The notes under the pieces were generated by a model. That model saw only the letters and a program-made list of their open reading frames with translations, was not told the origin of the DNA and ran no database searches. Shown piece after piece: positions 55,001 through 64,000 of a stretch of DNA of 64,000 bases. The DNA lies in NCBI GenBank assembly GCA_009103225.1, contig RHPI01003156.1, positions 1,225,750 through 1,289,749 of the forward strand, given 5' to 3'. Position numbers and translations under genes: made by a program. Numbering within the stretch: the first letter of the stretch is position 1; each line of letters opens with the position of its first letter. This DNA is from Chlorokybus atmophyticus (Eukaryota; Plantae; Mesostigma and Chlorokybus algae).

Positions 55001-55637
55001 GATTGCCAACCCCCTTGACGGCATCCGATGCAGCACGAGCTTCCTCGCGCGCACGGAGCTCTCCGATGATCAGTCCCAGCTCGTGGCCACCATGTCCGCG
55101 TGCGAGAACCAGCTGCGCACTGTTGTGCAGGAGGGTGAGCTTGAGGCCATCGAGAAGGGTGCTCCTCGCCTTGTGGAGACGCAGTTCTCCCTCACCCAGC
55201 TCATCAACACCGTCGTGAGCCAGACCATGCTCCAGGCAGAGAAGCTCAACCTGCGCGTGGCTCAGAACATGGCTCCCAGCATCAAGAACCTTGTCGTGTC
55301 GGGCGATCCCGTACGTCTTGCGCAGGTGCTGTCCATCTTCGCCCAGTACGCCGTGCGGCTCACTCCTCGCGGCTATGTTGAGATTGGTGCGGACATCGGC
55401 GATGAGGCCACTGGTCGCTACGTCTTCAAGGTCACATACACCGGCGAACCCCTTGCCCGCGAGCTCACGCAGGAGCTCTTCGCCCAAGATGATGTTTTCC
55501 ACCAGAATACCGACGCTCTCGGCCTCAGCGTGGCCAGACGCCTAGTCAAGTCCCTCAATGGCACCCTCTCGTACCAGACCGAGCCCAACAAGGGCTTCAG
55601 CTTTAATGTGGAGCAGCCCCTCGTGCTCGTGCATTAG
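52057..55637 (+). CDS. PHY: Plant-type phytochrome (nPAS-GAF-PHY-PAS-PAS-HKRD), 1096 aa, 3 coding exons
   Basis: Exons 52057-52317, 52533-53387 and 53463-55637. Motifs GYDRVMIYKFHDDEHGEV, chromophore Cys in STLRGVLQCH, LWFR, tongue WAG and PRKSF, two PAS repeats, and a His-less LAYLRKEIANPLDGI. No receiver domain. A probable 5'UTR intron ends at 52026. Confidence 0.98.
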
Positions 55638-56891
55638 GCCTGTGCTGTGAAGGCTTCAACACCACAAACCTACAGGGTTTGTCTCTGGCCTTATGACAGA
55701 CAATTGTGTATATCGACTCAGTCGTACTTCATCGTGCCATGCCTTGGATTTGCATGCTAGGCTTACATATAGCTGCCTACTAGTCTTTAGTCCTCTGCTT
55801 TGCCCAAGGCACATGGTGCACTGTATATTTACTCCATTTTTGGTTCTATCACTCTTCTTCTCGGTTGTCCTTTGCAAGTGCTGCCACGTTTGTCTTTGTT
55901 GCATGCTGGTTGGCAACCAGTGGTTGCATCTGTGACCCTGTGCAGTGGCCTTGTTAGCGTGCATGTGTGCGGTTGCATCATGTGCGTTATGTGGTTGCAG
56001 CCGCAGTACTGCGCTGGTGAAAAGGCAATGGTCGTTGGCTTTTCAAAGTCCGGTTTGCAAACACAGGGTTTGACGCACGAGTCTCTTCATACGGCAACTC
56101 ACCCCCTAAAAGTAACAACAGAAAGATCATGGCTGCTTGGCATGTCGTGCAATGGCAGACAGACAACACACAGCACAACTTCTGTTGCCGTGGTGACCTG
56201 TTTCCTATGTTGTCCTGTGCTGCACCTCATTTGCCATATCACCCAACACGTTACAGTTGCGTTGGTTCAGACACGCTTCCTCCACCGCGCACACACATGC
56301 CACCAGCAGAGCTCATGCAACAATAGCGACGAATTATGCATAAACAACCCCAGCCAGGCCCAACGAACAACTGCTGAGTGTACTGCTGAGCGGATGTGTC
56401 ATCACCGCGAGTGCTGTACTGACTTGGTAAGCTGCGGGTGCTCGCGCATGTGCAACACTGCTCTAGATACAGTACGGAGCACTCAACGACAACAACAATT
56501 ACAACAACAGAAATAGTCAACAGCCAGCTTACGTGGCGCTGCCTGTCATTGTGCGTAAGTGAACCCGTCCATGCAGCACAGGTCCTGTGTGCTACCTGCC
56601 TCGCTGCTGCATGCCCATGGTTGTAATGCACGCAGCCTCCCCGTACAGCAGGACCCTGGTGTTTGCCTGCAGCCGCGTTGTGTTTTGTGCGTCAGCAGCA
56701 TTGTTCGCGTCAAGCACTTAGCCCAGCTCACCCCACACAGCTTCAGTCACCGCTCACGTTCAGTGTTGTTGCTGCTTCTTCTTCGTCTGTCCAGTGTGCG
56801 TGCCGCCGTTGCCGTCAGCGGCGGCGAAGGCGGAGGTGGCGGCGAGGTTGGCGGTGGACGCGCAGGTGCAGGTGGAGGCGAGGGTGTCAGC

Positions 56892-59800
56892 ATGGCGGAG
56901 CAGGTAGTGCCCTCCAGGCAGCTGTTCATCAACGGGCGGTGGGCGGCGCCCGTCAAGGGCGGCCGCCTGCCCGTTGTCAACCCAGCCACAGAGCAGGAGA
57001 TCGGTAAACCCTCCCCTCAACAAACAACTCAACGACCTTCTCACCAACCCCCTCAACCTCCTCACCAACCTCCTCATTGTCATGCAGGGACCATCCCAGC
57101 TGGCACGGCGGAGGACGTGGAGTTGGCGGTGGAGGCGGCCTGCGCTGCGTTCGAGCGCGGCGACTGGAGCAGAGTGTCGGGCGCTGAGCGTGCGAAAGTC
57201 CTGCGCAGCATTGCTGCCAAAGTGAGTCCGTCAACTAGTCAACTCTCACAAACAACTTCACCAACGACTTTTCTCACGAGCTTACTTGTTTACCCAGATA
57301 GTCGCTTCACTCAGACACATGCAGTGGGACTCGCGCAATGCATGCTGTGCACACGCCAGCATGCGTTTGAATCATCGTAGTGTGCCTTCATGCCATGAGA
57401 GTTCCCACGAGGCTATCACTTTGTGCTGAAGCTGTCTTGTTTACCAATGCATGCCAACTTCACCTCCAATTGTGATAGTTTAACTCAAATCGGACACCCT
57501 CTCCACCCAGCATCGGTCCGTCTGCATAGGGAAATTGTGTAGGCAGAGTAGCAGAGATTGCACGGGTATGCACAATGCGTTTGCAAGCACACAGTGTGTG
57601 TACACGTCTCTTTACACACGCCAAACACAGTGTGTTCGCACACTACATGCATGCAGTTCCGGCAAGGAATACCCTCTGTGCACCCTTTGCATACTCCTTT
57701 CTCTCATGGTCTTGTGCGGTCAACTTGCTACGTAGGTGACGGAGAGGAAGGCAGAGCTTGCACGCTTGGAGACACTGGACAATGGCAAACCGATTGCAGA
57801 GGCCGAATGGGACATGGTACTCATCGATATGAGACATAATTCATGCCAATTTTCTGCACTTGCTGCTTTTGAACCTGAAGTTTGCGCCACCCTCTCTCCT
57901 TATCCTTCCCATGGTTAGGATGATGTCGCGGGCTGCTTCGAGTACTATGCAGGACTGGCTGAGGCGCTGGACAAGAAGCAGAATCAGCCGTTGGAGGTCA
58001 GTCGCTGTTACCTTGCATAACAGCGTGTGCATGTGTGCACGCTCATGCGTGCGTGCACATGCATCTGCAACTAGCATGCGTGCATGGTTTAGCACTTTTT
58101 GCAGTATGTGCACACATGCGCAGGTGTGCAGTCAAACACGTGCATGTGTGTGGGTGTGCAAACCTTATGTTGTACGCTGTGTGTACGTGCACACATACAC
58201 AAGGAGTACAGCTCATGTGCGTGCACGCGTGAACATACTATATGTTATCAAACTTTTCCTGTGTAGCTCCAGTCAGCACACAAAGATTCATACAGGTCTG
58301 GGTGTGCAACTATTATAATTTGCAAATTGTGCATATACAGGCAGTATACAAACAACCCTTGTGCATGGGCGCGCACATTCTCGCTCGTGCATGTGCATGT
58401 GCGCGTGCAAAGAGGGTGTTCGCACCTGTATCGTTTGTGCACGTACGCTCAGTTCTCACGCACTGCATACGTGTGCAGCTGCGTATAAGCATTGCTGTTG
58501 CTCACGCATGCGCAGCTTCTCACAACCCATTCTGGTGTGTGCTTTAGCTGCCAATGGACACTTTCAAGTGCAAGATTCGCAAGGAGCCTCTCGGCGTGGT
58601 TGCGCTGATCACACCTTGGTGTGTCTTGTTGGCATGTGTTCTTAAACATGTCGCTCTTGCTTTTTGTCATTGTTCGCTATAATAAGCTCTGCCCTTCATT
58701 CCAGGAACTACCCAATGCTGATGGCAACATGGAAAGTGGCACCCGCGCTTGCTGCCGGCTGCTGTGCCATACTCAAACCTTCTGAAGTTGCCTCGCTGTA
58801 TGCCAATGTAGAAGCATTGTCTCACATGTGTGTATACGTCACTGTGCTCATAAACCATTGCACAGGACATCACTTGAGCTTGGAGACATCGCTATTGAAG
58901 CGGGGCTGCCGGCGGGCGTGTTGAATATTGTCACCGGACTCGGCGCAGAAGCTGGCGGGCCTTTGTCGTCTCATCCCAAAGTGGACAAGGTGCAACTCTT
59001 GTACGTACAACAATCACAATTGCATCAAGACAAGTCAGTATCTTGAAAAGAGGCTCAGTTTTTGATTCTCCTTTCAGGTTGCATTTACGGGCAGTCTTGC
59101 AACCGGAAGCCGCATCATGAAGTCCGCTGCTGAAGATGTGAAGGTGTGCGTCAGTCTGCACACAGAGAAGCTGTATTACTAATCTTCTTGTCTGGAGAGA
59201 TTTTGCACATTGCAGAGATCTTTACAAGTTGTAACCGTGTTGTCACATAGAGCCTGACGCTTGAGCTTGGCGGCAAGAGCTCTTGCATCATCTTTGACGA
59301 TGTGGACATCGAGAAAGGTGGGCTTTCTTGAAAAATAGCTCTGTATGGAGTGTTCAACTTGCAGGTGGTAGGATGGTGTTGTTGCTGTTTGCTTTGACTG
59401 CCATGAAGGTATACAGTTGGGTTGTTGATGGTGGTGACTTGCATCTGCAGCTGTGGAGTGGGCGATGTTCGGGTGCTTCTGGACCAATGGCCAGATATGC
59501 AGCGCGACTTCGCGGGTACTCGTGCAGGTATGACTTCACACAGTCACTCACACACTCATCTCCGCTGAAGTTTCATTGCATTCACCCGCACATACATTCA
59601 AACAGGAGTCTATATATGAGAAGTTCAACCAGGAGTTGAAGCGGCAAACGGAGAAAATCAAGATCTCGGACCCCTTCGAAAAGGACTGCAGGATGGGACC
59701 CGTTATCAATGAATTACAAGTAAGCTGTTATAAGTTGTGCAATGTATTGCATACAACATGATTGTGGTGCTGATTTTGCACTCAAGCTAGAGAAAGTGTG

Positions 59801-60839
59801 TATGGCTATATTAAGATGCATGCAGAAACTTGTCTCATAGGTGCTAATAAGCCAGTGTGACTGCAGTACAAGAAGGTGCTAGACTATGTCAGCTCTGCCA
59901 AGGACGAGGGCTGCACATTGCTAACAGGTGGCAAGAAACCCGAGGTACAACTGTCCAGCGTGTGTTGGTCGAAGTATAGTGGTGGTGTACTTCACTCATT
60001 ATTTTTGGATGGCAGCATCTCACGCGAGGATATTATCTTGAGCCGACCGTCTTCACCAATGTTGAACCGCACCATCGCGTCTGGAACGAAGAGATTTTTG
60101 GCCCGGTCATGGCGGTCTGCGCCTTCAGAACAGAGGACGAAGCTGTGAAGACTGCCAACACTTCCGAGTACGCATGGCCGTGTTGTTGTTGTCATTGTTG
60201 TTGTTGTCGTTGTTGTTAGTGTCGTTGGTTCCACAGTTGACGGGTGTGTCATCCCGACCGTTGTTCATATCACCGTTGACCACCTTTATTTTGCACAGCT
60301 TTGGGCTAGCTGGAGCAGTCATGTCGCAGGATGAAGCTCGCTGCCAACGCGTGGCAGAGGTAAATTTGCATAGCAAGGTCGTCGTGTTGGTCACCATCAA
60401 CGCTCGCACGGTTACTAATGGTTACTAAGCAAGCCGCTGGTGTCGTTGTAAGTAGTGAGGGCTTGACTAATGCAAACTCCACCATCATATTACCACTACT
60501 TCTGCCATGCTGAGCTATGTGTAACGCATGCCATTGCTGTTTACTTTACGCAGGCTCTACGGTGCGGCATTGTCTGGATCAATTGCTCGCAGCCATGTTT
60601 CTCTCAGGCGCCTTGGGGAGGAATCAAGAAGAGCGGCTTTGGGCGCGACTTGGGCGAATGGTGAGCGTTTTTTGAATCTTTGAATCTTTTACCAGTTGTT
60701 GTGAGCGGTGAGCTTGTTGCGATCAAATGAGTGTTGTATACATGTAATCAGGGGGCTGGACAACTATCTGAGCGTGAAGCAGATCACCTCCTACGTATCA
60801 AGTGATGCGTGGGGCTGGTACACACAGTCGAAGTTGTAG
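56892..60839 (+). CDS. ALDH10: Aminoaldehyde/betaine-aldehyde dehydrogenase family ALDH10A, 16 exons, C-terminal PTS1 (SKL)
   Basis: [31 protein letters not shown], catalytic [20 protein letters not shown] and [21 protein letters not shown]; ends WGWYTQSKL*. Confidence 0.97.
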
Positions 60840-62929
60840 GTGTCATTGCGTACTAGTGATTGACGTTGTACACATGTATATTGCACATTGTAGATAATTT
60901 GTTCCATATCTCATTGCATGAGATCCAATGCAGTAATGCCGCACAATATTTGTTGATGGCCGTTGTATTGTATTTAGTGGTTAATGCACTTGACCGCATA
61001 GTTGTCACTGTTGCGTAGTCACAAGCATGTCATGTGCCTGCTCGGAGTTATTTCTGACAAAGATATGGCGCCACTACAATGATGTTAACAGTGTGTTATG
61101 CGGCATAACTTATGCCGCATTTGTCACGCCTATAAGGCGAAAGTCATTATCTATTCCTTACTTACGTCAGGAAGAAGGACCAAGTGGAGATTCCGGTTGT
61201 GAAGTTGTGTAGTGCTTGGCAATTGTGCTCAAGGGTCGTGTTCATGTCTCTTCATGAGTCATGAGTATAGTACTACACAAGGCATTGATGATGGCTAGCG
61301 CAGAGCTAGTCAATGCCATGTGAGCCTATATATTGCGAATATTGCGAGTTGCCTCAGGCAGTGGCAGTTAAAAGACTGTGAGCCAAGTTGTTAAACTTTA
61401 GGATTTGTACCATGGTTGTGCCATAGGCGTGACAGTCGCAAGCCAAGTGATGCTTGTGGGCAATCCGCAAGGACACAAGCGTTAAGAGAGCCTGAGTTTT
61501 TAACTCCGAGGTAGGATTGTTGTTCCTATTGAAAATCCGAGGTGCTTTTATACTCCCGAGGCGGAGTTTGTTGGTTCCGATGTAGGGGCAAGGTCAGCGC
61601 ATAGTGACAAGGCCTGGGTGGCCTTGGACATCCTGTGTGCCAGGTTGGGAGAGCAACATGTGGTATAAATGTTAACTTGCATGCCTTGAGTAGGGATCGA
61701 ATCAAGACTAATCAAGACATTGGTATGTTTTTGCCTTACAAGAGGGCCAATTGTGCGTGGGGTGCCTGCTTGTTAGCTGTTGAAGGGGCTCTCCCCCTCA
61801 TCCCTTGTGGGGTGTGCCACACCCGGTGTGGTGTTTTTTTGTGGTGNAACAAAATATGATTTTAAGCTATTCCCACTCTCCATTTATGGGGGGGGGGGGG
61901 GGGGGGGGATTGTGGGTGTGTTGGGCGTGGTGTGCCTGGGGCTGGAGCTGTGTGGAGAGGCTGGTGGTCACCCTCTCCTTCCTTGGTGTGCTGCTGCAAC
62001 TTCCCATGCAGTATGGTGCTGGTGTAACTTCCGCTGTAAGTCCTTAGGGCTTGTGCATAAGTTTGCCAAGCCCCGACTAGCATGTAAGCGGTGGTATCGT
62101 TGCAGAATTGCATGCATATTAATATGTGATTGGAGCAATTGATACATCTTAATACCTTATGCCACTGAGCATAATATTGATTACATAAGAACTGCGCTTG
62201 GCACGCTCAGAGATTGAGCGTGCGAGATGCAAGCACTTTAGCAGCCCAAGGCAAACATCATAACACAGTAGATAATTAGGCGGGGGCCAAGACAGAGATC
62301 TAAGACTGCACCGCATGCATGACACACCCTGGGACAACGAGTATGCTACACCCTCAAGCAGCAACATCAGTAGACAATGAGGAAATGCAACCACTTGCAG
62401 AGCGCACGGACGGAGCAAAGGGAGAGGTGAGGGGCGCGGCCTTGGCAGATTGCAGCATGCATGACTCAACGCTGACGATGCACGGCAGTTGCTTGGCCCT
62501 TGTCCAAAAGCTAGCCGCCGCTAGCTCTCAAGTATGGCCAACCGGTCCTACCAGAGTCACTTGCGTACAACTCATAAATGACCCGCGCAACCATTTTGAG
62601 TAGCCATTCATGACAAAATATACATGGATCACTCCGCCTGAATCTCAATTGCACCCCTGTTATGATATATGCAATGTAGACAACATTATGAGCTATTGCA
62701 CCCTTGTCATAACATATACAAGGCAAATTGCAACACACAGCATACACTGCAACATATACAACAATGCAGCAGCCATGTGACATACACATGCGGGCAGATG
62801 TTGCTGCTCCCCACACTTACTCACCTTTCATTCACATGTGTGTTGTTGATGTGGATGCCCTTGTCCGTGCAGCATCCCAGCGCGAGCACACCAGGCTGAA
62901 CAAGTGCTAATATGTTGTGTCATACACTC

Positions 62930-62956
62930 TTCCTGACTTATTCAATAAGTCAGGAA
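62930..62956. other. Perfect 13-bp palindrome with 1-nt spacer, next to the 3' end of the Penelope-like RT relic
   Basis: TTCCTGACTTATT-C-AATAAGTCAGGAA, with imperfect pairing extending to about 62916-62968. Confidence 0.85.
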
Positions 62957-62989
62957 AATGTATCACAAGTTGTACAACCACCTTCTCAC

Positions 62990-63950
62990 CTTCTCTTTGC
63001 AGTCAGAGCACTCTTAGCGTGCCCCTCGTGTTGCATAGCAGTTCGTGATGCTCAGCAGTGCCATATTAGCCGGGAATGAGCCATGTATGTGCTTAGTTGC
63101 AAGAAACGGTTGCAGTGGGACACAACAACCCCAAACTTAATGTGCAATGCAATGTTGGTTGCTGGGTGCGGACCACGTTGCCTTGTGTGCACTCAAACTG
63201 CAGTTCATGTAGCTTACAGTAAACTCGTGAACAAAATCCCACGTCAGTAGTTTGAAACATAGTCATGTCCAAAACTGCAATGGAAGTACCAATTGCTTAC
63301 TGTGTGAGCGTAAAAGTCTGTTGTGGATAAATGTCTCCACCCAAGGCAACACCCCCCGCATACATGACATTAACCAATTTTGATAAGCCTATCAAGAGGA
63401 CATCATCTACATACCTTCGGACAGATTTACATCAATTTGCATGTAGCTCAGTGTCACCTTGTGCTCTGAAAGCATGGGGAAACGTTGGTTCTTTTTTGCC
63501 CAGTTAGAATTAGTTGGGTACACACCCGCATTGTTGCTCATTGGAACCCGGATCGCTTGTTGGTGCAAGTGATCTCCTGCTATGCCGAAATAAGGGCTAC
63601 ATAATAAGTACTCCCAGAGTGATGTCAGACCACTCAAGTCAACAGCGGAGTCCGTGTTGGTTGCTTAAACATTGGCATTAGCATCTTATATGCACGTGTC
63701 AATTAAACACTAACGACAGAAGTTTTATAAGCTGAGGCAATGAAGCAGGGTTTTCGAGAATCTTTGTGCAGTTTTAGCGACAATAATAGATGTGGTAAAC
63801 GTGGTAAAAGACGGCCAGTTTTGTTTTGCTGCTTGCTGGGTTGCCTTGTACCCCATGAAGAGGCGCAAGTCAATTTGGCTTTGAAGCACCTGTTCCGCAG
63901 ACTCATGCACCAGATTACGAGTGGAAGTTTGTAATTCATCTTACATGAGA
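62990..63950 (-). mobile_element. Decayed Penelope-like (Naiad/Chlamys) reverse transcriptase
   Basis: Motifs appear in order across stops and frameshifts: SIIVAKTAQRFSKTLLHCL; LWEYLL...QQAIRVPMSNNA; RRYVDDVLL (YVDD at 63402-63413); GGDIYPQQ; AVLDM; SRVYCK; TNIALHIKFGVVVSHCNRF. Confidence 0.8.
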
Positions 63951-63971
63951 GACAAGCTTGTCTCTTAAGTA

Positions 63972-64000
63972 CCGTGTTTCCCCATCACAGTCCCCTCCCC
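63972..64000 (+). mobile_element. Probable left TIR of another Tc2/pogo-like element running off the window
   Basis: TA (63970-63971) followed by CCGTGTTT-CCCCATCACAGTCCCC, which aligns to the TIR CCGTATTTACCCCAATACAGTCCCC of the 3739-7074 element. Confidence 0.65.

Overview
Eukaryotic, intron-rich nuclear DNA with CA/TG-rich introns and three assembly gaps (18232-18491, 39772-39814, 45785-45891). A plant-type phytochrome, a SCAB-type Ig-PH domain and a CYP711-clan P450, combined with algal-style introns, suggest a streptophyte (charophyte-grade) alga; this is inference. Nine host genes could be traced by hand: a CYP711-clan P450 (-), ASNSD1 (+), an unknown protein with two FERM-C/PTB-like domains (+), an 85-aa RNASEK/V-ATPase subunit f-like protein (-), STE24 CAAX protease (+), a ~1148-aa protein fusing dehydrin K-segment-like repeats to a SCAB Ig-PH module (-), an uncharacterised GT-A glycosyltransferase (+), phytochrome (+) and peroxisomal ALDH10 (+). 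Mobile DNA comprises two decayed intron-containing pogo-family transposons (one with intact TIRs and TA duplication), the start of a third TIR at the window end, an intact TRIM-like LTR element carrying a half-tRNA-like cassette, Naiad/Chlamys-type Penelope-like relics, and RLE non-LTR relics. Clusters of tight-loop hairpins lie in the gene-free 39.9-43.9 kb interval. All protein family calls come from motif recognition by eye, not database searches. The strongest novelty candidates are the dehydrin-like/SCAB fusion and the tRNA-bearing TRIM.
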